32,000 nt of DNA from Synechocystis sp. PCC 6803 substr. PCC-P (GTDB taxonomy: Bacteria; Cyanobacteriota; Cyanobacteriia; Cyanobacteriales; Microcystaceae), in the NCBI RefSeq assembly GCF_000284455.1, contig NC_017039.1, positions 450,001 through 482,000 on the forward strand. Reading direction: 5' to 3'. Below the pieces are notes generated by a model. The model saw only the letters and a program-made list of their open reading frames with translations, did no database searches and was not told the DNA's origin. This document shows, one piece after another, positions 1-9,098 of the stretch. The position numbers and the translations under genes are program-made. Within the stretch, counting starts at the first letter, position 1; each line of letters opens with the position of its first letter.

Positions 1-733
1 ATGGCGGCTACACCCTCCATAGTTACCAATTGGGTTTTCTCCATCTCCATACCCAACAGGCCATAAAATTAACTGCCCCCTTACCTCCCGAACTCATCAC
101 CCCAGAAGTTAAGACTATTGCCCTGGAAACTGAAAAGCATTGATGAGAAGTGATGGAAAAAAACCAGATACCTAAAATCAATCTTGGGTGGATTCAGGCG
201 TATAAAGCTAGGTAAAGTGTTTTATTAAGTTCCTTTAAGTTAGGCAAAGTTTGGACTAATTCTAGCGGCTATAAATCTTACTAGTAAGGCATTTTGCGTC
301 TTTACCAAGCCTAATTCTTATCAGTGCCATGGAGAGAATATATGGCCTTGCCCTGACTATTTCACTTTTCAGTGTGTCATCCGATACTGACCATGACCAC
401 CGACAATGGATAGGATAAAACCAATTTAAATTCGGTAAATCATTATTTCAACCAATGAAACCGACTCATTTCATTGGCCACTGCCCCTTACTGGAGATAT
501 TGTCCGTAGTTCAATACAGAATTGCGGATAACGCAAACACAAAAACGATTTGTGCATGTATATCTCCAAATTGTGGACCAATGGTGTCAAATGTTACGGA
601 TAGTTAAGGGTTAGTTAGTTAGCCTCAACTTAAGTTAATCAAAATTGACAAACGAGTATAAGTCGCAATGATGTATCTCCCCGTCAGCGCTGATTATCAA
701 TCCATTGCCCCGCGCCCTTGAATTTGTTACAAT

Positions 734-795
734 TCTTAACAGTGACTTAATAATCTCTTAAGAATCTTGGTGTAAAGTCTTAAGAAAATCTTAAG
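734..795. repeat. Phased CTTAA / TCTTAAG repeat array upstream of the EAL gene
   Basis: CTTAA cores start at 735, 746, 757, 779 and 790, giving spacings of 11, 11, 22 and 11 bp. Three copies are the full TCTTAAG (756-762, 778-784, 789-795). The array ends 47 bp before the ATG at 842. Confidence 0.6.
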
Positions 796-841
796 GTTTT
801 CTCCTCCCCCGGAGTCATCCCTATCGAATCCTGGAAGATCT

Positions 842-1753
842 ATGTTTATATTTCCACGCTTTCCCCGGTCCCTATCTGAGAATGGTTTTTCTCAGCATGG
901 GACTGCCCCTCCCGTCGTCCCAGAGGAGAGCAATAGTTCTTCGGATCGTAAGCAATATATTAAGTGGGCCCTAACTAAAGCGGTTACTGAGGGTGGATTC
1001 AGGCTTGATTTTCAACCCCAATGGGATGGGCAGGGAATTAATTTGGTGGGGGTAGAGGCCCTAGTCCGTTGGCAAGATCCCAAGTTGGGCAATGTGCCTC
1101 CCGCAGAATTCATTCCCATAGCTGAGGAAACGGGACTGGTGACAGCCATTGGGGAGTGGGTGTTGGACACGGCTTGTCGTCAATATAAAATTTGGCAAGC
1201 CCAGGGGGTACCGGCCTTTTTGTTGGGCGTGAATTTGTCCTTGCAACAGTTGCAAAAAGCTGACTTTGCCGAGACAGTCCGGTGCATTCTGGAGGAAACG
1301 AACATGCCCGCAGCCCAACTGCAGTTGGAGATGACCGAAGGATTAATTTTTCGAGATTTGCAGCACACTATTGGGGTGCTCCGGGATCTCCAACGACTGG
1401 GAGTGCATTTGGCGATCGACGATTTTGGCACTGGTTACTCTTCCCTGTCCGTGCTGAAGGAACTTCCTGTCCACACGCTAAAAATTGACAAATCTTTTTT
1501 AGAGGATCTGGAGACGCACCAAAAGGCGGAAGTTATTATCGAAAGCATTATCAACCTCGGTCAGCGTTTACAGTTGGTGGTGGTGGCGGAGGGCGTAGAA
1601 ACGGAAGGCCAACTCCATTTACTGCAATCTTTACGGTGTGATGTACTCCAGGGTTTTTTCTTCAGTTGTCCCTTAAGTGAAGACAAGATGACCCACTATC
1701 TCCACCATTGTTGTTCTGCTAAAACTTTGAGCCGGGCGATCGCCTCCTATTAG
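842..1753 (+). CDS. Stand-alone EAL-domain protein (putative c-di-GMP phosphodiesterase)
   Basis: 303-aa ORF. EAL-family signature residues appear in order: EALVRW, VNLS, LEMTE, DDFGTGYSSL, KIDKSF, EGVE, QGFFF. No GGDEF or sensor domain is visible. Confidence 0.85.
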   Translation: MFIFPRFPRSLSENGFSQHGTAPPVVPEESNSSSDRKQYIKWALTKAVTEGGFRLDFQPQWDGQGINLVGVEALVRWQDPKLGNVPPAEFIPIAEETGLVTAIGEWVLDTACRQYKIWQAQGVPAFLLGVNLSLQQLQKADFAETVRCILEETNMPAAQLQLEMTEGLIFRDLQHTIGVLRDLQRLGVHLAIDDFGTGYSSLSVLKELPVHTLKIDKSFLEDLETHQKAEVIIESIINLGQRLQLVVVAEGVETEGQLHLLQSLRCDVLQGFFFSCPLSEDKMTHYLHHCCSAKTLSRAIASY

Positions 1754-1836
1754 GCTTTAGGCTGGCAAAATTGCGGCCATCGACTCCTTTGTTCATATCT
1801 AGCCATATCAATATTAGTTTATAACTTAAAATTACT

Positions 1837-3024
1837 ATGACTGCTTTGATCTTGCCTTTTTTTGAGGATCGTGCCATGGCCGATAAATTACAGAGTCCTG
1901 GGCTCCAAAAATTCCAAGATAATGGGGCTAAACGAGCAATTCCTCGGGAGTTGTTAGAACAGTTAACAGCGGATAAATTCACTGGTCAACTGGTGATCCG
2001 TAATCCCTTTGATGAATTTGTTGATTGGCAAATTTACCTGGGTAACGGCAAGATTCATTTTGCTAATAGTGCGGTGGGCAATGGTAAGCGCCTAAATTAT
2101 ATGTTGGGTAAATTGTTCCAGCATAGTCATCTCCAACTACCGACTGGATTGGAAAGTGACTACAACTATATCTGTGATTTATGGAAGAGAAAATATTTTT
2201 CTTTTCAGCAAACTCGGTCAGTGTTGACTCAGTTTACCCAGGAAGCTTTGGTTCAAGCCCTTTCCCTACCCAAAACTGAATATAAATTGGAGCCTAATAA
2301 CAAGCTCAGACATCTTTTCTTAAACCTAAATTTAGAGCAGGCTGTGGGTCCCATCGAGAAGAAAGTCGACTATTGGTGGGAGTTGCGCTCGGAAATCAAT
2401 TCTCCTTTTCAACGGCCTTTAGTGCAGGATATGCGGAAATTACGGGGAGTTCTAACGAAAGCTAATTTTCAAACCACGGAAGAATTTTGGAAAGTTTTTC
2501 AACAAAATTTAGAAAATTTACACTGTCTTTATGACATTGCCAGTGCCACTAAACTGAGCACTCTCCAGTTGGCGATCGCCATGCGGAACCTAATCAAAGC
2601 AGGGGATATCACCATGCTTCCCTACCAAGAAATTGCCATTGATAACCGCCCCTTAGTGGTTACTGTGGACGAAAATCAAGTCCATCAGCACATTGTCGAA
2701 TATACATTGGAAAAAAGCGGTTATCGAGTTAATACCATCACCGACCCATTTAAGGCTTTGGCTTCCCTCCAAGGTCAAAATCCTGATTTAATTTTGATTA
2801 ATGCTGACATGGAGAAAATGGATGGCTACCAATTGGCTTCCCTCTGTCGCAAATCTCCCCAGCTTAAGCAAGTGCCGATTGTATTAATGGTGGAAAATGA
2901 CAATTTGGTTCATAATATCAGGGCCAAAATGTCTGGGGTGAATGATAACTTATCCAAGCCTTTTTTACCCCAGGATTTATTACTGAAAGTCAAGACCAAC
3001 TTGCGGGAAATGGCCGCGGTCTAG
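1837..3024 (+). CDS. PatA-subfamily response regulator (N-terminal PATAN-like domain plus C-terminal CheY-like receiver)
   Basis: 395-aa ORF. The C-terminal 120 aa align by eye to a receiver domain (VVTVDEN ... DLILINADMEKMDGY ... SKPF). The long N-terminal domain is typical of PatA/PixG-type regulators. The gene lies 83 bp downstream of the EAL gene. Confidence 0.75.
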   Translation: MTALILPFFEDRAMADKLQSPGLQKFQDNGAKRAIPRELLEQLTADKFTGQLVIRNPFDEFVDWQIYLGNGKIHFANSAVGNGKRLNYMLGKLFQHSHLQLPTGLESDYNYICDLWKRKYFSFQQTRSVLTQFTQEALVQALSLPKTEYKLEPNNKLRHLFLNLNLEQAVGPIEKKVDYWWELRSEINSPFQRPLVQDMRKLRGVLTKANFQTTEEFWKVFQQNLENLHCLYDIASATKLSTLQLAIAMRNLIKAGDITMLPYQEIAIDNRPLVVTVDENQVHQHIVEYTLEKSGYRVNTITDPFKALASLQGQNPDLILINADMEKMDGYQLASLCRKSPQLKQVPIVLMVENDNLVHNIRAKMSGVNDNLSKPFLPQDLLLKVKTNLREMAAV

Positions 3025-3315
3025 GGCCAGGAATAATCAGAAAATCACTAAACTAATTTTAATCTTTTGACCTGGCTAGAGTTCCAGTTTTTCTGTGATT
3101 AAAATCCTAGGCTACACGAAATTAGGGATAATTACTATGACCTGTAGTAACTGACGTAAAAGGGAACTGCTCCTTTCCCTATGCAGACTGGATCTGATCA
3201 ACCAGGGAAGTAGGTCAACATCCACTTTCGTATCTGGTATATTGTCCTTTTGGCGGGATATTGTGTTTTCCAAGCAAATTTTGGGAAATCAAAACCTAGA
3301 TGGGGCATCACAACG

Positions 3316-4548
3316 ATGGACACCAATACTTTACTGCTAATTCTTGCCAATATCATTGTAATTATTGGCTTAGCTCGCCTGATTGGATTGCTGTTTGCCC
3401 GTTTTCAACAGCCCCCTGTGATCGGAGAAATTATTGCAGGAATTATGCTGGGCCCTTCTCTCCTCGGTCTATTGTCCCCGGCCCTAGAAAAAAGTTTTTT
3501 CCCTGCCACTACCCAGCCATTTCTGTATTTACTCTCGGAAATTGGCTTAATTTTTTATATGTTTTTGGTGGGTTTGGAGCTTAACCCCCAATATCTACGG
3601 CAAAAATTAAAGGTTGCTATTCTAACTTCTAATGTTAGTATTTTCTTTCCATTTGTACTGGGTATAGTGCTGTCTTTTTTTGTCCTCTATTCCCTCAATC
3701 AACCCAATAAAACCAGCTTTATTCCCTTTGCCCTTTTCATTGGCGCGGCCATGTCGATTACGGCCTTTCCAGTACTGGCTCGTATTTTAAAGGACACTGG
3801 TTTGGATAAAACTCCCCTGGGGACTTTGGGGCTGACCTGTGCTTCGGTGGATGACATTAGTGCTTGGTGTCTGTTGGCGATCGCCATTGCGGTGACCCGT
3901 ACGGATAACATTTTCGGTGCATTTCCTACCCTCTTGGGTATTATTGTCTACACTGTCTTCATGGTCACTCTAGGGAGAAAATTTTTTAAGTATATTCTCC
4001 GCAATTATGGTCAAAAAAATTATCTCAGCCAGGGTCTATTAACTTTTATTTATATCATGGTAATTCTTTCCGCTATGCTGACGGAATGGATTGGTATTGA
4101 CGTAATTTTTGGTGGATTTATTTTAGGGGCAATTTTACCAAAAAATACAAATCTAAGCACGGAATTAGCCACTAAAACCGAGGATTTTGTTTCCACATTT
4201 CTTTTGCCTATTTTCTTTGCCTATAGTGGATTAAGTACAGACCTTGGTTTACTCAATAAGCCTTATCTCTGGGCGGTGTGTGCTTTAGTGGTGGCAGCGG
4301 CGATCGCCGGTAAATATTGCGGGGTTTATGTGACCACCAGGGCATTAGGGGTGGAAAAGCAAGAGGCCAAGGCCTTGGGCTGGCTGATGAACACGAGGGG
4401 CTTGACGGAATTAATTATTCTCAATGTGGGTCTCAAACTAGGTGTAATTTCCCCGGTGATTTTCACTATGTTTGTGATTATGGCCATCATTACCACCATT
4501 ATTACCTCCCCTTTGGTAGTCAAAATTTATCCTGCCCCAGCCCATTAA
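3316..4548 (+). CDS. nhaS4: Na+/H+ (cation/proton) antiporter, CPA2 family
   Basis: Polytopic membrane ORF with about 11-12 hydrophobic segments and KefB/NapA-like motifs (PPVIGEIIAGIMLGPS, FLVGLEL). The track ORF starts at a TTG at 3250. The ATG at 3316 (MDTNTLLL) gives the 410-aa protein I recall for Synechocystis slr1595. Confidence 0.85.
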   Translation: MDTNTLLLILANIIVIIGLARLIGLLFARFQQPPVIGEIIAGIMLGPSLLGLLSPALEKSFFPATTQPFLYLLSEIGLIFYMFLVGLELNPQYLRQKLKVAILTSNVSIFFPFVLGIVLSFFVLYSLNQPNKTSFIPFALFIGAAMSITAFPVLARILKDTGLDKTPLGTLGLTCASVDDISAWCLLAIAIAVTRTDNIFGAFPTLLGIIVYTVFMVTLGRKFFKYILRNYGQKNYLSQGLLTFIYIMVILSAMLTEWIGIDVIFGGFILGAILPKNTNLSTELATKTEDFVSTFLLPIFFAYSGLSTDLGLLNKPYLWAVCALVVAAAIAGKYCGVYVTTRALGVEKQEAKALGWLMNTRGLTELIILNVGLKLGVISPVIFTMFVIMAIITTIITSPLVVKIYPAPAH

Positions 4549-4813
4549 AATCCATTATTGTTTTGACTTTGACTAGGCTTAAGAATCTGTTTGAAAACCC
4601 CCCTGACCCCCCAAAAAAAATTTGGGGGAAAACTGAGTGAAATCCCCCAGTATTACCGGAGCTTTAGTGAAGAAATTTAGGGGGCAGAATAAAACTTTCT
4701 AAACACGATCTAGAACCGATAACTTTTCAACGGGTAACGGGTAATGGTTTAAATTTTAAAAGTTGTCAAACACATTCCCGTACCATTGCCATTGGTAATG
4801 TCCGGGACAAAAT

Positions 4814-6895
4814 CTAAACAGATAAATTTTCCGCCCGTTGAATAATATTTAACAGTCTGCCCACTTGCTCTGTGCCCCGCACACTAATTTCACTGTGACA
4901 GAGTACTAATTTTTCCGTCACCCTGGCCAATAAATCCCGCACAATGCGCTCAAAGCGTTCCTGGTCCCATTGCAATTGTTCCGGTTCTGTCCAGGGTTTG
5001 GGCTCTCGATGGCGCAGCAATAGAGGCGATCCAAACAATTGGGATGCTCCCCCCATTTCCCAGAGGCGATCGCCAGCATCAAGCCAAAAGTGCCAGCGGT
5101 GTTGGCTACGGAGTGAACGGTATTGGTAAATAGTCGCCAGGGTAATGGCCGGCGGTGGGGGTAACCAGTCGGGAATGTCTGGTCGGGGTTGGGCGGTAAC
5201 CGTGCCTTGACCAAGTAGTTGCAAAAATAGGGCCAGCTTTTCCCGGATCTGGGGCAGACTTTCTCCGCCATGGCCAGCATTGCTCTGGAGTTTGCCCTGT
5301 ACCCGCCAAAAGTGCTGGAGAGTTTCCATCAATTCCCGCAGAGAAGCCAATTCCCCGTAGGCGAGTTGATGTTCCGGGGGCAGTTGTTCACGAATGGCTC
5401 TGTCCAGCATTGTGACCGGCGATAAAGTCTCCTGGGCCAGGGCTTGTTTTTGCTTGCTTAACCAATCCCGTAGAGCGCCATAGGCTTGACTGGCTTGGTA
5501 ACCAAAACGATCCCAGCGGGGATATTGCTCTATGGGCATCAGGGCCGGGGCTTGGGGATTAATGGCATAGCAAGTGTCTGCCAGTAGCCCTGCCCGCACA
5601 GGATCGATCGCCAGCTTGATTTGACCTCCAGAGCGTCTCTCACTCAGCATCACCAACATTTCCGCCACCTGTTCCCGGCGGGCCCATTCCCCCAGGTCAT
5701 ACACCAGGGCTAACAGAGTTAATAAACTGCGAATTAAGGGGGCACTGCTGAGGGGTCGTTGCTCATTGAGGGCGATAATGTCGATGCCGGCTTTGTTAAA
5801 AATTTCTAAAAAACTATAGCGGGCAATTTCGTCCAGACCAGGGGCGATGATGGCAATGTCCTGGGGCTTGATTTCTCCTTGGTGAACCGCCGCAATGATC
5901 TGATCGGCCGTTTGCCGTAGTAGTTGGGCCCGGGAAAAAGTTTGTAAGGCCTGCACTTGGGGAGGCAGTATGTCTGGCGATCGGGGGTCTTTGAGCAGGT
6001 TCAACACCTGGGTCGATAACTGGGGGGCCATGCCCGTTGGTCGTTCCAACCGTTCCACCTTGGCTCCTTGGGCTAATATCGCCAACGCATTGGGATCGGC
6101 ATTCAACCCCAAGCGCACCTGACCGTCGGGATTAAAGCTAAATACAGCCCAGGAACAATGGGACTGCAACTGATTAAACAAATCCACGGCGATCGCCGGA
6201 TAGTCGTCCACGTCATCGGCAAAAATTGCGTCGTAGCGTTGGCATAAATATTGTTGATATTGGGGCTTTTTCAGTAAATATTGACCATAACAATGAAAAA
6301 TCAGCCCATAGGTTAAAAATCCCCTGGCCAAACACCATTGCCGCCAATGTTGCCAAAAGGCAATCGCCTCTTCTGCACTAATCTCCCCTGGGGTTACCCG
6401 GATTTCCCCTGCCGTTAATCGTTCCAGCACCTGGCGATCGGTCCAACCCGCTGCCCCCGCCAACTGACCCAAATCCAATAGGTTACGAACTAACCTGGAC
6501 CTCTGGGCTGCATTTAAGGAACTATCCCGGCCTGGGTATTGGTTTTGCCATTGCTCCATCGCCAACCATTGTTCCGTTTCCGGTCGTAACTGGGTGGGGA
6601 AAAGTTGCTTGCTGATCCCTGCCTCTAGCAATAGGGGCCAAAATAAATGCACGTCCTCCCTCATCAGTCCCAGGGGGGTTTTGCCCATTACCGGTGCATC
6701 GCCGCCGATCGCCCGCTCTAAACTGCGGCTTAAGCGCCATCGGGTTTGGCCATTGGCCGCCAATACCAAAGCTAATGTTGGTTGATCCAAAACCCGGTCA
6801 GATTTCAAACTTCGCCACCACTGGCCATATAACTGGGTTAATCGATGGGTTTTGCCACTGAGCGATCGCCCTTCTAGCCAGATTATTTCTGCCAA
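4814..6895 (-). CDS. P-loop NTPase, UvrD/AddB-like (SF1 helicase-like) protein of unknown function
   Basis: 693-aa ORF with N-terminal Walker A (GRSLSGKT) and an acidic Walker-B-like patch (IFADDVDDYP). No clear nuclease motif was recognised. The functional call is weak. Confidence 0.5.
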   Translation of the reverse strand: MAEIIWLEGRSLSGKTHRLTQLYGQWWRSLKSDRVLDQPTLALVLAANGQTRWRLSRSLERAIGGDAPVMGKTPLGLMREDVHLFWPLLLEAGISKQLFPTQLRPETEQWLAMEQWQNQYPGRDSSLNAAQRSRLVRNLLDLGQLAGAAGWTDRQVLERLTAGEIRVTPGEISAEEAIAFWQHWRQWCLARGFLTYGLIFHCYGQYLLKKPQYQQYLCQRYDAIFADDVDDYPAIAVDLFNQLQSHCSWAVFSFNPDGQVRLGLNADPNALAILAQGAKVERLERPTGMAPQLSTQVLNLLKDPRSPDILPPQVQALQTFSRAQLLRQTADQIIAAVHQGEIKPQDIAIIAPGLDEIARYSFLEIFNKAGIDIIALNEQRPLSSAPLIRSLLTLLALVYDLGEWARREQVAEMLVMLSERRSGGQIKLAIDPVRAGLLADTCYAINPQAPALMPIEQYPRWDRFGYQASQAYGALRDWLSKQKQALAQETLSPVTMLDRAIREQLPPEHQLAYGELASLRELMETLQHFWRVQGKLQSNAGHGGESLPQIREKLALFLQLLGQGTVTAQPRPDIPDWLPPPPAITLATIYQYRSLRSQHRWHFWLDAGDRLWEMGGASQLFGSPLLLRHREPKPWTEPEQLQWDQERFERIVRDLLARVTEKLVLCHSEISVRGTEQVGRLLNIIQRAENLSV

Positions 6896-7076
6896 ATCTT
6901 TTACCCCTGATAGTTCCCGTTGGTTCTGCTAAGATTTCCTGTATTGCTCAATCCCAAAACCTTACGGATCGAACCCTGGGCCACCGTAGTTTGGGTAGCT
7001 TGAAAGAAAACTAAAACTTTATCAGACAACCTTATCAAACAATATCTTAGCTGTTTTTTTACCCAATCATCAGTCA

Positions 7077-8399
7077 ATGGATTTAACAAATTGGTGGCAA
7101 GGGGCAACCCAGTGGTTTGGCAGATCTTCACAAAAATCCTTGGAGCAAGCCTTCCGGTCTGCCCTAAAAATAAAAGAAATTGAAGATCAATACTTCCAAG
7201 GCAAAAAAATAGGGCCAGAAAATTGTGATTATAGTGCCGACACTGTCACCTATTTTGCCAACCAAATTCAGCGGCATCTGAGGAAAATAGAGCAGGAAAT
7301 TTACCACCTCAACAGCGACCAAGAATTCGTCAAAATTCTGAGCCTAGATCCAGCAGTTAAACAGGATCCACAAACGGAATATGTTCTCAATCAATTGCAA
7401 TTCATTGATGACATATTGCAACGCTATGACGGTGAACTGCCCCAGGTTAGTCCCCCCAAGCAAATTGCCAATGGGGGCGTTCTGGATTTACCCGCCATAA
7501 CTGCTAATAAACAACGGCAAATCAACAAAAAGCGCCGGGACGGTTTTCAATATATTCGGCGGGAAGATACCCAACAAAAAGTAGATACTGCCACCCAAAA
7601 ATCTGGCGTTTTGCCCCGTTCCTTCTTGCGTACCATCGACCGTCTGAAGCGGGAAATGGACCCCCAGTCCAGTGACACTGAGCAAAAGGTGCTCAAACAA
7701 TATCGCAATTCTCGCTATAAAACTGCCCTCTCAATTAAGTTTGTTTTAACCTTAATTATTGTGCCCCTGCTGGCCCATCAATTGACTAAAACATTTTTTC
7801 TTTTGCCTTCGGTGGAATCATTTTTTGAGCGTAATAGTGAGGTTGTTTTTATTAACCAGAGTATGGAGACAGAAGCCTATGAGGAATTGAGTCATTTTGA
7901 AGAATCTCTGCGTTTTCGAGAATTGTTAGGTTTTGGCGAAAAACTTTCCCCCGAAGCTAAGGAAGAAAAACTGGCGGAGAAAGCCAAAGAAATTTCCGAA
8001 AGTTACCGTCGGGTTAGCACCAATGCGATCGCCAATATTTTTGCTGATATTTTTTCCCTGGTGGCCTTTTCACTTGTTTTGGTCAATAGTCAACGGGAAA
8101 TTGAAGTTTTAAAAGAATTTATTGACGAAATTGTCTATGGCTTGAGTGACTCGGCTAAGGCATTCTTGATTATTCTCTTTACCGATATGTTTGTTGGTTT
8201 TCACTCTCCCCACGGTTGGGAAGTAATTTTGGCTAGTATCGCCCGTCATTTTGGTTTGCCGGAAAATCAAGATTTTAACTTTCTTTTTATCGCAACTTTC
8301 CCGGTAATTTTAGATACGGTCTTTAAATATTGGATCTTCCGTTATCTGAATAGTATTTCTCCCTCTGCCGTGGCTACCTACCGCAATATGAATGAGTAA
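7077..8399 (+). CDS. pxcA: Proton-extrusion / CemA-family inner-membrane protein
   Basis: 440-aa ORF. The C-terminal third shows CemA-family hydrophobic blocks (FLIILFTDMFVGFHSPHGWE, FIATFPVILDTVFKYWIFRYLN). Length and sequence match my recollection of Synechocystis PxcA (slr1596). Confidence 0.88.
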   Translation: MDLTNWWQGATQWFGRSSQKSLEQAFRSALKIKEIEDQYFQGKKIGPENCDYSADTVTYFANQIQRHLRKIEQEIYHLNSDQEFVKILSLDPAVKQDPQTEYVLNQLQFIDDILQRYDGELPQVSPPKQIANGGVLDLPAITANKQRQINKKRRDGFQYIRREDTQQKVDTATQKSGVLPRSFLRTIDRLKREMDPQSSDTEQKVLKQYRNSRYKTALSIKFVLTLIIVPLLAHQLTKTFFLLPSVESFFERNSEVVFINQSMETEAYEELSHFEESLRFRELLGFGEKLSPEAKEEKLAEKAKEISESYRRVSTNAIANIFADIFSLVAFSLVLVNSQREIEVLKEFIDEIVYGLSDSAKAFLIILFTDMFVGFHSPHGWEVILASIARHFGLPENQDFNFLFIATFPVILDTVFKYWIFRYLNSISPSAVATYRNMNE

Positions 8400-8412
8400 A
8401 TGGGCAAAATAA

Positions 8413-8442
8413 TTCCCCCTAGGCATGGTGCTCAAGGGGGAA
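8413..8442. terminator. Hairpin between convergent pxcA and gifB (candidate bidirectional terminator)
   Basis: A perfect 8-bp stem TTCCCCCT (8413-8420) / AGGGGGAA (8435-8442) with a 14-nt loop. A T-rich run follows only on the minus-strand reading (TTATTTTG). Confidence 0.5.
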
Positions 8443-8509
8443 ATAAATAATTGAGGCGACTAGTTAGTAGGTAAGATTAACTAATTTATGCCCTTAAAGT
8501 CAAACTAGA

Positions 8510-8959
8510 TTAGCTCATGGCCACGCCTTGACTGGCATAGTCAGAACGAAAATTAGCCAAAACTTTGCCTTGGATGCGGACAGCGCTGTTGACAGCTTGG
8601 TCACCACTTAAACCAATTTCTTCAGCCAAACGCACTAACAGGGATTGTTGGCGTTTTTTAATTGCCTGGGTTTTGCTGTGCAGGCGGGCCCGGACCCGGT
8701 CCTGGAAGGAAATTTGGCTGGGAGCCGCAGCGACTTCCACCTTTTTGTTGGCAGTGTACAGTTCGGGCTGTAGATCCTGGGCGGGGTTAAAGGAAACTCC
8801 CCGATAAGTTAGATTGACGTTGGGCTGAATGACGTTCTTGGTGGTGGTGCGGCGGAAACGATAGTCCAAACCACGGTAGCTGCCCGCTAGCCCCAAAACT
8901 TCGGTTTCCACTTTGGGGGGATTGTAGTCGTACTTGACTCCACGGTAACTTAATTGCAT
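8510..8959 (-). CDS. gifB: Glutamine synthetase inactivating factor IF17
   Basis: 149-aa ORF. The N-terminus has three YRG(V/L)xY/F repeats. The C-terminal part (KKRQQSLLVRLAEEIGL...) resembles the short factor IF7. It matches my recollection of sll1515. Confidence 0.85.
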   Translation of the reverse strand: MQLSYRGVKYDYNPPKVETEVLGLAGSYRGLDYRFRRTTTKNVIQPNVNLTYRGVSFNPAQDLQPELYTANKKVEVAAAPSQISFQDRVRARLHSKTQAIKKRQQSLLVRLAEEIGLSGDQAVNSAVRIQGKVLANFRSDYASQGVAMS

Positions 8960-8992
8960 AGTGCGCTCCTAATTGTTATTGAAGGTAGAGGA

Positions 8993-9052
8993 GGCGCGTT
9001 CCTTCAGGAATATATCCCTACTTCCGTCTTCTTCAAAAAGAGAAGATGAACG
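8993..9052 (-). ncRNA. Glutamine riboswitch (glnA RNA motif) in the gifB 5' leader
   Basis: The minus strand reads CGUUCAUCUUCUCUUUUUGAAGAAGACGGAAGUAGGGAUAUAUUCCUGAAGGAACGCGCC. The P1 halves CGUUC/GAACG, an internal UCUUC/GAAGA hairpin, and the conserved ACGGAAGUAGG and GAAGGAACGCG blocks are all present. Downstream GCGCCUCCU can pair with the SD region AGGAGCGC just before the ATG. Confidence 0.75.
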
Positions 9053-9063
9053 ATTTACTTTCT

Positions 9064-9098
9064 GTATCCATTTTTACGGTTTTTCAAGATCATGTCAA
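9064..9098 (-). promoter_or_regulatory. gifB promoter with an overlapping NtcA box (GTA-N8-TAC)
   Basis: The minus strand reads TTGACA (9098-9093), then 15 nt, then GTAAAAATGGATAC (9077-9064). The GTA-N8-TAC palindrome contains the TAAAAA(T) -10-like hexamer. That geometry fits the published NtcA repression of gifB. Confidence 0.6.

Noticed and set aside
1-66. An open frame reading ...AATPSIVTNWVFSISIPNRP* that could be the 3' end of a plus-strand gene starting before the window.
   Set aside because: Only 22 codons are visible, with no recognisable motif. It cannot be distinguished from chance.
329-418. A 29-codon ORF (MERIYGLALTISLFSVSSDTDHDHRQWIG) with a hydrophobic core in the long intergenic region.
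   Set aside because: It has no SD and no recognisable family, so it could be chance. It is mentioned only as a candidate for ribosome profiling.
3250-3315. A TTG-initiated N-terminal extension of the antiporter ORF (MAGYCVFQANFGKSKPRWGITT).
   Set aside because: The extension is not hydrophobic and not antiporter-like. The ATG at 3316 gives the expected N-terminus and length.
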